Positions 31,169 through 41,620 of a stretch of 64,000 nucleotides of DNA are shown piece by piece. Numbering within the stretch: position 1 is the stretch's first letter; each line of letters starts with the position of its first letter. The stretch covers positions 32,001 to 96,000 of the forward strand of contig CAVPHD010000006.1 in NCBI GenBank assembly GCA_963704165.1, written 5' to 3'. A model generated the notes under the pieces. It was not told the DNA's origin, searched no databases, and saw only the letters and a list, made by a program, of their open reading frames with translations. The translations under genes were made by a program, and so were the position numbers. The stretch comes from an uncultured delta proteobacterium. Its GTDB lineage: Bacteria > Myxococcota_A > UBA9160 > SZUA-336.

Positions 31169-32068
31169 CTAGTCCCGCTTCGGCTTCGCTCCTCCCTTGC
31201 GGCCGGAGCGGGTCCGGCTCCCGTAGTCACCGAACGGATCGTCGCGATCGCGCACGGCGTCGCGGAAGCCCTTGCGCTGAGCGTTTGCGACGAAGTCGAG
31301 CCCCTCCTGGGTATGGCGAGCGATCCCGTCGAAGAGCGTGCCGAGCAGGCGGCTCGAGGCCAGGCCCATGTTCTCGGCGGTCTGGTTGCAGAGCAGCTTC
31401 AACATCACGAGCTGATTGGTCGGAACGCGCGCCATGCGCTTCGCGAGCGCGAGCGCGTGATCGTCGAGCTCGGCGTCGGGAACGGTTTCGAGAATCAGCC
31501 CGATCTCCGCGGCTTTGCTCGCGGAGATCTCGTCGCCGGTCAGCATGTAGCGCTTGGCCTGCTCGAGACCCATGCGGTAGACCCACATCGCGGTCGTCGG
31601 CGTGCCCCAGACGCGCGACGGCGGATAGCCGAAGCGCGCGCCCTCGCCGGCGACGATCAGGTCGGCGCAGAGAACCATGTCGGTGCCGCCGCCGATGCAC
31701 CAGCCCTGCACGGCCGCGATCGTCGGCTTCTTCGCGTACCAGAGCTTCATGTAGGTCTCGACGAAGCGGCCCATCATGCGCAGGTCGGAGACCGAGTCCC
31801 AGACACGCTTCCGTGTCGCCCCGCCCTCGGCGCCCTGGGCGGCCGTTCCCCAGTCGAGCGCATAGCCGGCACAGAACGCCGGGCCTTCGGCGCGGAGCAG
31901 GATGACGTGGGCCGCCGTCGCGGCGTCACCGGCATCGATGGCCGCCTCCAGCTCGTCGCGGAGCTCGGGCGTGATGGTGTTGTACTCGCTCGCCCGCGAG
32001 AGAGTGATCACGAAGACGCCCTCGTCGACGTGGGTGCGCAGACACTTCGGCTTGGTCCTGGTCGTCAC
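31169..32068 (-). CDS. Crotonase/enoyl-CoA hydratase family protein
   Basis: 'AFCAGYAL', 'KPTIAAVQGWCIGGG' and 'GYPPSRVWG'. Confidence 0.9.
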   Translation of the reverse strand: MTTRTKPKCLRTHVDEGVFVITLSRASEYNTITPELRDELEAAIDAGDAATAAHVILLRAEGPAFCAGYALDWGTAAQGAEGGATRKRVWDSVSDLRMMGRFVETYMKLWYAKKPTIAAVQGWCIGGGTDMVLCADLIVAGEGARFGYPPSRVWGTPTTAMWVYRMGLEQAKRYMLTGDEISASKAAEIGLILETVPDAELDDHALALAKRMARVPTNQLVMLKLLCNQTAENMGLASSRLLGTLFDGIARHTQEGLDFVANAQRKGFRDAVRDRDDPFGDYGSRTRSGRKGGAKPKRD

Positions 32069-32146
32069 GGAATCCCTCCCCTCGGAAGTCTGCGAAGCCG
32101 CCGCTCATGGTACCCTCGCAGACGTCGAATCGGAGGCACGCACGCG

Positions 32147-33007
32147 ATGATCGTCGGTCGGATCCTCGAGCTCTGGCGCTACCCCGTGAAGTCGATGATG
32201 GGCGAGCGGATCGAATCCACCTCGCTTGGCGCGAACGGGATTCCCGGCGATCGCGCCTGGGCAGTGCGCGACGAGGTGCGCGGCGGAATTCGCGGCGCCA
32301 AGAAGCTCGCGGGGCTCATGGGCTTTCGCGCGCGCTACCTCGAAGAGCCGGTGTTCGAGCGCGTGCCGGCGCCCGAGATCACGCTGCCCGGCGGCGCCCG
32401 CTTGCGCGCATCCGAGAGCGACGCCTCGAAGCGCGTCAGCGAGGCCCTCGGAAGCGAGGTCACGCTCTGGCCGCTGCTCTCGCCCGAGCAGCTCGATCAC
32501 TACCGGCGCGGCGCGCCGACGCACGAGGACATGGAGCAGGAGCTGCGCGCGATCTTCGGCCGCACGAAGGACGAGCCGCTCCCCGATTTCTCGATCTTCC
32601 CGCCCTCGATCTTCGAATTCGAATCGCCTCCCGGTACCTACTTCGACGCGTTCCCCCTCCTGCTGATGACGAGCGCGACGCTCCGCCACCTGCAGAAGCT
32701 CGCGCCGACGTCGCGCGTGGACGTTCGCCGCTTCCGGCCCAATCTCGTCGTCTCGACGCCGGACGACGTCGAGGGCTTCGCCGAGCTCGACTGGATCGGC
32801 AAGCGGCTGCGAATCGGCGAGGTCGAGATCTCCCTGCCTTCGGCGTGCCCGCGCTGCGTGATGATCTCGCACGCCTTCGACGATCTGCCGAAGGACCCCG
32901 GCCTGATCCGCACCGTCGTGCGCGAGGCCAACCAGAACGTCGGCTCGTACGCGGTCGTCGAGCGCGCGGGTCGGATCGCCGTCGGCGACGCCGTGGAGCT
33001 GCTTTGA
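32147..33007 (+). CDS. MOSC domain (molybdenum cofactor) protein
   Basis: 'LWRYPVKSM', 'GDRAWA', 'RRFRPNLV' and 'CPRCVM'. Confidence 0.92.
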   Translation: MIVGRILELWRYPVKSMMGERIESTSLGANGIPGDRAWAVRDEVRGGIRGAKKLAGLMGFRARYLEEPVFERVPAPEITLPGGARLRASESDASKRVSEALGSEVTLWPLLSPEQLDHYRRGAPTHEDMEQELRAIFGRTKDEPLPDFSIFPPSIFEFESPPGTYFDAFPLLLMTSATLRHLQKLAPTSRVDVRRFRPNLVVSTPDDVEGFAELDWIGKRLRIGEVEISLPSACPRCVMISHAFDDLPKDPGLIRTVVREANQNVGSYAVVERAGRIAVGDAVELL

Positions 33008-33873
33008 TGAAGATCGGCCTGATCCCGTTCAACATGGCCGTCGCCGACGCCCGGCAGATGGTCGCGGCCGCGCAGAAGGCCGAGGCGATCGGCATCGAAT
33101 CGCTCTGGACGTTCGAGCACGTGATGATCCCGATCGACTACGAGTCGAAGTACCCGTACAACGCGACCGGAAAGATGGGCGCGCCGCCCGAGACCAACCT
33201 GGTCGATCCGCTGATCGCGCTCGCCGCGATCGCGTCCGCCACCTCGAAGCTGCGGCTCGCGACCGGGGTGAACATCCTCCCGCAGACGAATCCGCTGTAT
33301 CTGGCGAAGCAGGCCGCGAGCCTGGACTTCGTCTCGAACGGACGCTTCATGCTCGGTGTCGGCATCGGCTGGCTGCGCGAGGAGTTCGACGCGCTCGGCG
33401 TGCCGTTCGAACGCCGCGGCGCGCGCTTCGACGACTACGTCGAGGCGATGCGGAAGGTCTGGTCGGGCGACGTCGTCGAGCACCGGAGCGAGTTCCTGAA
33501 CTGGTCCGGTTTCAAGAGCTACCCGATCCCGATCCAACGCCCGGGCGTGCCGATCATCGTCGGCGGCTCGAAGGGAAAGGTCTTCGAGCGGATCGCGAAG
33601 TACGGCGACGGCTGGTACGCGCCGACCCAGAACGCGGAGCAGCTCTCGCAGATGCTCGTGCCGCTCCGCAAGGCCTGCGACGCGATCGGTCGCAGCGCGT
33701 CGAGCGTCGAGATCTCGGCGATGTGGATCCCCGCCGCGGAGGGGATCGACGCCGTGAAGCGCTACGAGGATCTCGGCGTGAGCCGGCTCGTCGTTCCGGT
33801 CTTCGCGATCGGGGGCGTGGGCGCCGACGCGCTCGACCGTTTCGGCTCCGAGGTCCTCGCGAAGCTCGCCTGA
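33007..33873 (+). CDS. Luciferase-like (LLM) oxidoreductase, F420-dependent type
   Basis: 'WTFEHV', 'YPY', 'DPLIALA', 'AKQAASLD' and 'LGVGIGWLREEF'. Start overlaps the MOSC stop. Confidence 0.88.
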   Translation: MKIGLIPFNMAVADARQMVAAAQKAEAIGIESLWTFEHVMIPIDYESKYPYNATGKMGAPPETNLVDPLIALAAIASATSKLRLATGVNILPQTNPLYLAKQAASLDFVSNGRFMLGVGIGWLREEFDALGVPFERRGARFDDYVEAMRKVWSGDVVEHRSEFLNWSGFKSYPIPIQRPGVPIIVGGSKGKVFERIAKYGDGWYAPTQNAEQLSQMLVPLRKACDAIGRSASSVEISAMWIPAAEGIDAVKRYEDLGVSRLVVPVFAIGGVGADALDRFGSEVLAKLA

Positions 33874-34848
33874 TCAGGAGAGGCCGAGCGCGAGCCAGAC
33901 GCGCTCGATCAGCCAGAATCCCGCGAGCGACCCGAAGGCATAGGCGAGGGGTCGCTCGAACGCGCGCAGCGAGCGGACGAAGAGCAGGAGCACGGCGACG
34001 AAGGCGAGCTGACCGAGCTCGATTCCGACGTTGAAGCTCGCGAGCGCGAGCGGCACGTCGCTCGCGGGCAAGCCCGCCTCGCGGAGCGCGGCGGCGAAGC
34101 CGAAGCCGTGGAGCAGGCCGAACGCGGCCGCGACCGGCGCGGGCCGCAGACGGCGCGGACGACCGGACGCGAGCTCGACCGCGAGCCAGAAGACACTCGC
34201 GGCGATCGCGACCTCGATCGGGCCGGCCGGCAGCTGCACGAAGCCGAGCGCAGACGCGCAGAGCGTCAACGCGTGACCCGCGGTGAACGACGTCACCGTC
34301 GCGATCAGCGTGCGACGGCTTCTCACCAGGAGCACCAGCCCGGCGACGAAGAGCAGGTGATCCAGACCGCCGAGGATGTGCCAGAGACCGAGCTCGAGGT
34401 ACGAGCGGATCGTGTCGATCGGCTCGGCGCGCGCGGGGACCACGAAGAGCGGACGGTCGGCGTCGATCACCGCCCGCGCGACCGTCCCGTCCTCGAGCTC
34501 GACGCGCACCAGCGCGTTGGTCGCGCTCGCGCGCAGCCCCTCGATGCCGAGCGTCCGGCCGGCGAGCGGCTCCGGACCGCAGTCGAGCGCCGAGACACGC
34601 GTCTGCGCGAGCGCATCGCGTTCGAATCGCGCCGGCGAGCTCTCGCGGCAGCCCGCGGGTAGAACGGGAACGAGCGGCGCGCCCTGCGCGCGCACGATCG
34701 GGGTGCGAAAGATCAGGCTCGCACGGCCGTTCGCGTGCTCGCGAAGTTCGAGCAGCGAAGGTGCGAAGGGATGCGCGCGCGCATTCGCAGCGCCGAGCAC
34801 GCCGAGCGCGGCCAGCAGGAACGACGCCACGAGCGTCGCGGACTTCAC
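33874..34848 (-). CDS. HupE/UreJ-family membrane protein
   Basis: 'LGLWHILGGLDHLLF', 'VTSFTAGHALTL', 'FGLLHGFGFA' and 'FNVGIELGQL'; signal peptide followed by His. Confidence 0.9.
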   Translation of the reverse strand: MKSATLVASFLLAALGVLGAANARAHPFAPSLLELREHANGRASLIFRTPIVRAQGAPLVPVLPAGCRESSPARFERDALAQTRVSALDCGPEPLAGRTLGIEGLRASATNALVRVELEDGTVARAVIDADRPLFVVPARAEPIDTIRSYLELGLWHILGGLDHLLFVAGLVLLVRSRRTLIATVTSFTAGHALTLCASALGFVQLPAGPIEVAIAASVFWLAVELASGRPRRLRPAPVAAAFGLLHGFGFAAALREAGLPASDVPLALASFNVGIELGQLAFVAVLLLFVRSLRAFERPLAYAFGSLAGFWLIERVWLALGLS

Positions 34849-35819
34849 GAGCGCTCCCCTTCGACGCGGATCTCGTAGCGATGGCGCAGCCGTTCGAGCG
34901 CAGCGCGCAGAGCCGCGTCTTCGCGCTCGCGCGAGAGCGCCGCCGAGATCTCGATGCGTCGCGCGGCGAATACGGGCTCTGCCGCTTCGGTTCGCTCGTG
35001 CACCCAGACGAGATGGATCCCGTAGCTCGACGGAATCGGCGCGGAGACGCGTCCCGGTTCGAGAGCGAAGACCTCGCGCGCGAACCCCGCGCCGAAGACG
35101 CGCTCGAGATCCGTCCGAGAGCGATTCGGAGCGTGTGACCGAGCAGGAAGGCATCGCCGCGCCCGATCGCCCCCTCGATCTCGAGCGCCCCGTCGGAGAT
35201 CTGCTCGGCGAGTCTTCGCGCGTCCGCGGCGAGCCGCATCCCCACGTCGCTCTCGAGAGAGGAAGACGTGCGAGAGTCGGACGCGCACGGGGCCGACGAC
35301 GCGCGCGCGATCCCGAGCGAATCGCGCTGCGATCTCGGACTCGCTCGGCATCGAGCCCTCGCCGATCGAAAGCTCCGCGCGCATTCGCTCGATCAGCCGC
35401 CGTCGCACGACCAGATCGCCCCGCCCGATCCCGAGCGCGAGCGCTTGCGCCACGCGCGACGCGTCGCCCGCGGCATTCGCGCGCTCGTCCTCGCCGGAGA
35501 TGAAGCCGATGTTCCGCGCCAGTCGCGTCCGGACGACGGGGTCGCCGACGTCGAATCCCCGAACGCGCGCTTCGCGAAGCAGGATCTCGTCGTCGATCTC
35601 GGCCCCGATCAGCGCGTCGAGCGTTTCCTCGTCGGGCCACGCTCCGGTTCGCGCGGCCCAGTCCGCACGCAGCTCGTCGATTCGCACGGCGCGGATCTCG
35701 ATCCGATCCCGAGGCCGCTCGTCGGGGAACGCCTCCGCGACGATCCAGCGATCCGCCGCGAACAGCACCGCGCCGAGCGCGAGAAAGTGAAGCGCGGGAG
35801 ACGCGAGGACGCGCCGCAT
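34845..35819 (-). CDS. Parvulin/PpiC-type peptidyl-prolyl isomerase (two compensating frameshifts at about 35130-35230)
   Basis: 'PALHFLALGA', 'EILLREA', 'DLVVRRRL', 'HVFLS', 'FGAGFA' and 'PIPSSYGIHLV'. Confidence 0.8.
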   Translation of the reverse strand: MRRVLASPALHFLALGAVLFAADRWIVAEAFPDERPRDRIEIRAVRIDELRADWAARTGAWPDEETLDALIGAEIDDEILLREARVRGFDVGDPVVRTRLARNIGFISGEDERANAAGDASRVAQALALGIGRGDLVVRRRLIERMRAELSIGEGSMPSESEIAARFARDRARVVGPVRVRLSHVFLSRERRGDAARRGRAKTRRADLRRGARDRGGDRARRCLPARSHAPNRSRTDLERVFGAGFAREVFALEPGRVSAPIPSSYGIHLVWVHERTEAAEPVFAARRIEISAALSREREDAALRAALERLRHRYEIRVEGERS

Positions 35820-35825
35820 CGCGGG

Positions 35826-37151
35826 TCAGCGCCCCGCAGTCTTGAGCTTGGTGGTGTCGTAGTACTTCTTGCTCGCGGCGACGTCGAACTCCATCGCGTT
35901 CATGCCGTCGAACTGGCCGAGGTTCGACGCGCCGCTCTGCACGTTCACGATCATGACGGAGGTGCCGAGCAGCACGAAACGGCCCTGGTTCTCGGCGAGC
36001 CCCGTCGCCTCGCTCCACTTTCCGACGCCGCCGATCAGCTTGTACGGCTTGCCTGCGCGGTCGTACACGACGGCGAGGCCGGGCGCCATCGTCTCCTTGT
36101 CGTACCAGATCTTCTTGCGGCTGTAGGGGTGCCCCTTCTGGCGCGGGATGTCGTCGAGCTCGAAGCTCCGCCGCTTCTGCCAGCTCTCGCCGATCATCGG
36201 AAGCGCGCCGTAGGGATCGAAACGACACGCGCTCCACTCCTCGTTCGTCCCGAGCCGGACCATGCTCGTCGGGGAAATCGCATCGGTGACCCTCGGAAAG
36301 CAGGTGCGCGAGCTGTTCGACGCTGCGAGCTGGACGCTCTCGCCCCCGAACTCCCAGACGTGATCCCAGACGTAGCCGGAGAACAGGTAGAAGTCCTCGA
36401 GCGTGAACTCGGTGCCGAGCAGGGAGTCGCTCTTCTGCGTCGCGGCAATTCTGCGCACGCGCCGCAGCGCCGGGATGTACGCCCAGGTGTCGTCTTCCTG
36501 TCCGTTCCGGTAGCGGTAGAGCAGGAACATGGTTCCGCGCAGATCGAAGGGCGACTTGACGTCGAAGTACTCCGCCCATTCCGTGTTCGTTCCCGGCTCG
36601 AGCTCCGTCGTCTCGGGGAGGAGATCCGCGCGGCCGCTGAAATAGGTGCGCCGGTATTCGCCCTGCGAGATCCGCCAGGTCTCGCGACCCGCGTTGCGCA
36701 TGTTCGCGAATCCCCAGTGCGGAATGTTGAAGCCCGAGCCGCCCTGCCAGCGCTGATTCACGTTCCAGGCGAGCTTCAGCGCGAACTGCGGGTCGTCCGG
36801 CGTCAGGTCGCAGCGGTGTCCGGTCGCCTGCTTCGCCCATTCCGAGTACGGGAAGGGCTGTCCGGCGGTGTAGTTCGCGAGCCGTCGGTCGGCGTCGATC
36901 GATGCCTGACACGCGAACCGGACGGTCGCCTCGACGTACTTCGGGTGGGGCGGGTAGGACTCCGTCGCCGCGATTCGCATCTCGAGCTCCGCGAACGGCT
37001 CGATCGCGTAGCTGTAGAACTCCGCGGGCACGAGCTCCCGCACCTGCTCCCGGTTCGCGGTCGTGATCACGTCACCGGGCGCGACGTCGGCGGAGGCCGT
37101 TCGCGAAGCGAACGTGCACACGAGCAGAAGCGACACCGTCGTGCGTCTCAA
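35826..37151 (-). CDS. DUF1329-family periplasmic (LolA-fold) protein
   Basis: Signal peptide; 'PGDVITTAN', 'NYTAGQPFP', 'WAYIPALRRVRR' and 'HPYSRKKIWYDKET'. Confidence 0.82.
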   Translation of the reverse strand: MRRTTVSLLLVCTFASRTASADVAPGDVITTANREQVRELVPAEFYSYAIEPFAELEMRIAATESYPPHPKYVEATVRFACQASIDADRRLANYTAGQPFPYSEWAKQATGHRCDLTPDDPQFALKLAWNVNQRWQGGSGFNIPHWGFANMRNAGRETWRISQGEYRRTYFSGRADLLPETTELEPGTNTEWAEYFDVKSPFDLRGTMFLLYRYRNGQEDDTWAYIPALRRVRRIAATQKSDSLLGTEFTLEDFYLFSGYVWDHVWEFGGESVQLAASNSSRTCFPRVTDAISPTSMVRLGTNEEWSACRFDPYGALPMIGESWQKRRSFELDDIPRQKGHPYSRKKIWYDKETMAPGLAVVYDRAGKPYKLIGGVGKWSEATGLAENQGRFVLLGTSVMIVNVQSGASNLGQFDGMNAMEFDVAASKKYYDTTKLKTAGR

Positions 37152-39098
37152 GGCACCGCCGCCGCGGCTTTGGCCGGTGAAAACCAGATCGGCGAGGTCC
37201 AGGAGCGCTCCTGCACCGTCTTCGGGACGTTCGCGTCGCAGCACGGCTCGAATCCCTCCCTCAACGAGGACGGGTCGTCGCAGCGCACGCGCCCGGCGTT
37301 GCAGACGCGCGTCGTCCAGCGGCAGGTCGGGTTCTCGATCACGCGCGCGTACCAGACGGCGCGCTCTGCGGGATCGAAGTCGGGATCGGTCCAGACGGCG
37401 CAGAGCGCATCGGCGCCGGGACCGCGGGGCTCGCAGGTCTCGAGATCGACGCTCGCCGGGCTTTCCGGTTCGCCCGCGACGTCGTAGACCCGTTCGTGGG
37501 TCTCCCCATCCGCGTCGAGCCAGCCCTTCACGATCTGCAGCCGCTGCAGCTTCGTGCCCGGCCGCGCATCGGTTCCCGGATCTCGGAGCGCCGAAAGGAC
37601 GAATCGCGGCGAGCCGTTCGCGGGTGCGCGCGGAAGGTCCCCTCCCATCGGCACTCCGCCCGCGTATCCGCGCGCGGCGAGGTCCGGGCTCTCGCAGAGA
37701 TCCTCGGGATGGTCGAAGCCGCCGAAGAAGCGTACGACGTGGCGCGGGCCGCTCGTGCCGTACACTTCCTTGCGTCGCAGCGCCGAGAAGATCGCCTCGC
37801 GCGAGTTCTCCTCGGCCCAGACCACGGCGAGTCCGCCCGGGTTCAGATCCCACGCATCCGGCAGCCCGGGTGGGATCTCGTCCCTGGCGGGGTTTCCGGC
37901 GCCGCCGTGCCCCTTGTACGCGACGTCCTCTTCGACCGCACCGGACGCGCCGAGATGCGTGTCGGTGCTCGCGACGATGCCGAACTTGAACGGATTCACG
38001 CCGAGCTTCTCCTCCTGAACGAGTCCCTCGCGCAGGATGTGGCGGACGAACTGGCGTGGCACCGGCTTCTCGGCCAGGTACGGGACGTAGCGGCCACTGA
38101 AGTTTCCCATCTCGAGAGTCTCGAAGGAGCAGAGCTCGTCGGCGGTGTCGATGCCGCGCATGCACTCCGACGACGCCCTTGTGCTGCATCACCTCGACGA
38201 GCGGCTCGAGATCCGCGTTGAGACGCGCCTCCTCCGGAGTCATCGCGGAGCCGTCGAGGTGCAACGTCGAGAACATGCGTCCCGCGGACAGGTTCGAGTT
38301 GTGCGGGATCACGAGCGCGTCGCAACCGGTTCCGGCGTCGAGGCAGGTCTCTCGGAGCTTCCGCCAGAGCAGCGCCGGGGCGGGCGTGTCGATGAAGCTC
38401 GACGGAAGATCCGGCACGACCGAGTTCCGGAAGATCACGTTGCGGTGCAGGTTGTTCCCCGGCCCGGCCGCGCCCGTCCATTCGTAGCCGATCAGGGTGG
38501 TGAAGCGGCACTCCGCGCTGCGGTCGTTCGCGGCCTCCGCAGCTTCGATGATCTCGCGCCAGGGACCTCGCGCGGCCTCCCGGCAGCGCTCACCCCGCGC
38601 GCCGCAGAACTCGAAGCGCGTCGGCGGCTCCACCTCGTCGCCGCTCGAGGCGCGGTAGTTCATCGCGAAGAACGCGAGGCGCGGGTACTCGCGGTAGATC
38701 CGACAGATCCACGAGTCGTAACCGTCGAGCCCGGGCGTGCTGCAGATGTGTCCCTCGCCGAGCATCTCGGCGTGGTCGGTCACGGACGCGAAGTCGAGCG
38801 GACGCGCGAGCTGGAGCTCGCGCAGCGGTTTCCCGTCGCGATCGTAGGGCTGCACGCCGATCCGCTCGCCGCGCGCGAAGCGGTACGCGTCGGCGGGACG
38901 GTTCCGCGTGCCCTGCGTGCTCGCGTCGAGCGAGAGCACCGTGTGCACGTGCAGGTCGCCGAAGAGCGGTCTTCGCAGCGGGTCGCGGTCGGCGCAGACG
39001 CTAGGTGGATCGCCTCGCGATTCGCCGGCCTCGTCGGCTCGGAGCGGCGGGCTCGCGAACGCGACTGCGACCATCGCGATCGCGACGGCCCGTCTCAA
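37148..39098 (-). CDS. DUF3604-family secreted PHP-like metalloprotein, frameshift near 38170
   Basis: 'FGDLHVHTVLSLDA', 'PLDFASVTDHAE', 'GYEWT', 'NLHRNVIFR', 'IPHNSNLS', 'STDTH', 'YGTSGPR' and 'QERSWTSPIW'. Confidence 0.88.
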
Positions 39099-40060
39099 AG
39101 CCTGGCCATCGCGGCGAACGCATCGAGCTCGCTCGGGATGTCGGAGCCGAGCGGTTGATAGACGACTTCCGTCAGCCCGTCGTCGGCCAGACGCACGAGC
39201 CGATCGCGGAGCTCCGCCTGCGTGCCCGAGAACGTCAGCGCCCCGAGCGCGGGCGCGATGTGCCGGCGGTCGAGCTCCGAGACCGCGACCAGATGCCCCT
39301 CGTGAACCGCGAGGTGACGTTCGTCGGCCGGCACCTTCTCGATCTCGGCCCGCCAGGCCGCGCCCCCGGGCAGCGCATCTACACCATCGGGTGACGCCTC
39401 GTACGTCGCGTGGTAGATCACGGCGATCGCCGGACCGAGCGCGTCGAAGACGCGCGGTGACTCGAACGTCTCGCCCTCCTCGAGGACGGTTCCGAAGGTC
39501 AGCGCCGCGCACCATGCGAAGCCCGGCTGCGGCCGGTTCACGCACATCACGCCGTCCCCGAGCTCGCGCGCGACCGCGAGGCCCTTCGGTCCGTTGGCCG
39601 CAACCAGGATCGGCGTGCGGATCGGCCGCTCGACGCCGAAGCCCTCCGGGTGGAGCAGCTTCACCTTCGCGCCATCGACGCGCACCGCCTCGCCCGCGAG
39701 CAGGCCCTTCAGATCTCGGACGTAGCGTTCGAGCGCCGCGATCGGTAGCGGCTTCTGCCCGAGCGCTCGCCGCCCGGTGAACCCGGTGCCGACCGCTACC
39801 GCAAGACGGCCGGGCGCCTGCGCCTCGATCGTCGCGATCGCGGCCGCCGTCGCGAGAACGTGTCGCAAGCTCGGCACGAGCACGGCCGCGCCGAACTCGA
39901 TCTCGTCGGTGTTCTCGGCAATCGCCGCCAGCGCGACCCAGACGTCCTCGTAGAACGCCGGAGAATCGTAGACCCAGACGCGTTTGTAGCGGAGCGACTC
40001 GGCGAGCGATGCGTAGTCGACCAGATCACGGCCCGGGGGAAGAGCGACGGAGATGTCCAT
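39095..40060 (-). CDS. LLM-class flavin-dependent oxidoreductase
   Basis: 'WVYDSP', 'VLVPSLRH', 'GRLAVAVGTGFT' and 'AANGPKG'. Confidence 0.88.
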   Translation of the reverse strand: MDISVALPPGRDLVDYASLAESLRYKRVWVYDSPAFYEDVWVALAAIAENTDEIEFGAAVLVPSLRHVLATAAAIATIEAQAPGRLAVAVGTGFTGRRALGQKPLPIAALERYVRDLKGLLAGEAVRVDGAKVKLLHPEGFGVERPIRTPILVAANGPKGLAVARELGDGVMCVNRPQPGFAWCAALTFGTVLEEGETFESPRVFDALGPAIAVIYHATYEASPDGVDALPGGAAWRAEIEKVPADERHLAVHEGHLVAVSELDRRHIAPALGALTFSGTQAELRDRLVRLADDGLTEVVYQPLGSDIPSELDAFAAMARL

Positions 40061-40061
40061 G

Positions 40062-40077
40062 TGACAGAATCCTGTCA
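40062..40077. promoter_or_regulatory. Perfect inverted repeat TGACAG-N4-CTGTCA between divergent genes (candidate operator)
   Basis: It fills the 16-bp gap between the divergent start codons at 40060 and 40077. Confidence 0.5.
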
Positions 40078-41618
40078 TGAATCCGCGGGACTCCGCCAAC
40101 GCGCGAACACCGTCGAGCGGTCCCGCGAACGCGGTCGTCGTGCTGCTCGACAGCCTGAACCGGCACCTGCTCGGCGCCTACGGCTCGCGCGAGTTCTCGA
40201 CACCCAATCTCGATCGCTTCGCGCGGCGCGCGGTCCGCTTCGACACGCACTACGCCGGGTCGCTTCCCTGCATGCCCGCCCGCCACGACATCCTCTGCGG
40301 CGCGCTCGACTTCCTGTGGAAGCCGTGGGGCTCGATCGAGATCTGGGAAGACCCGATCACGGTCGAGCTGCGAAGGGCGGGCGTCACGACGATGCTGGTC
40401 TCCGACCACCCGCACCTCTTCGAGGTCGGCGGCGAGAACTACCACTGCGACTTCACGGCCTGGGACTATCAGCGCGGCCACGAGAGCGATGCGTGGCGGA
40501 CGCGCCCCGACCCGAGCTGGATCGGCGCGCCGTCGTTCGGACGCGGGCACACGCACTACGACGACTCGCGCGGGTACTTCCGCGGCGAGGCGGACTTCCC
40601 AGGTCCGCGCACGCTCGCAGCCGCTTCGCGCTGGCTCGAACAGGATGCGCCGCATCACGACCGCTTCCTGCTCTTCGTGGACGAGTTCGATCCGCACGAG
40701 CCCTTCGACACGCCCGAGCCCTACGCGTCGCTCTACGACCCCGAGTGGCAGGGACCGCACCTGATCTGGCCGCCCTATACACGCGCTGGCGTCGCCGACG
40801 GCGTACTGACGGCGAGCGCGAGGCGCGTCAGGTACGCGCGTGCTACGGCGGAAAGCTGACGATGATCGACCACTGGTTCGGCCGGATCCTCGACGCGCTC
40901 GACCGGAATTCGCTCTGGGATTCGACCGCGGTGATCGTCTGCACGGACCACGGGCACTACCTGGGCGAGAAGGACGCCTTCGGAAAGCCGGCCGTCCCCG
41001 TCTACGAGCCGCTCGGGCACATTCCGCTGATGATCGCCTGGCCCGGCGTCGAACCCGGAACGCGCTCGGCGCTGACCACGAGCGTGGACGTGCACGCGAC
41101 GCTGCTCGATCTCTTCGGCGTCGGCGCGCGTCAGCGCACGCACGGGCGGTCGCTCGCACCGCTTCTCCGCGGCGAGGCCACGCACGTGCGCGACTGGGCG
41201 CTCTCCGGCGTACTGGGGCCGCGAGGTCCACGTGATCGACGGCCGCGAGAAGTACGCGCGCGGGCCGGTCGGCGCGAACGCGCCGCTCTCGGTGTTGTCG
41301 AACCGCTGGTCGACGATGCCGGTCGCTCGCCTGCCGCAGCTGCGCCTGCCTCTTCCCGACGAGCGCGCACGCCTCGATCGCATGCCCGGCTCGAAGGTCC
41401 CGGTGATCCGCCAGCCCTTCGGCGAAGGCGATCGCCTGCCCTTCTGGGCGATCGGGCAGTTCAGCGGCAGCCATCTCTGGAACCTGCGCGACGACCCCTC
41501 CGAAGATCACGACCTCGCCGGAACGCCGGCGGAACGCCGCGCGGCGGAGCTGCTTCGCACGGCGCTGATCGAGATCGAAGCGCCGGCGGATCACCTCGCG
41601 CGGCTGGGACTCGCGTAG
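40077..41618 (+). CDS. Cys-type sulfatase, frameshifts near 40830 and 41215
   Basis: 'LLDSL', 'TPNLDRFA', CxPxR 'CMPAR', 'DPHEPF', 'TDHG' and 'HIPL'. Confidence 0.9.
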
Positions 41619-41620
41619 CC

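Noticed and set aside
35826..39545. 1239-aa ORF suggesting a DUF3604-DUF1329 fusion
   Set aside because: It arises from a frameshift near 38170. The DUF3604 C-terminal half is in another frame with its own stop at 37148, and DUF1329 has its own signal peptide.
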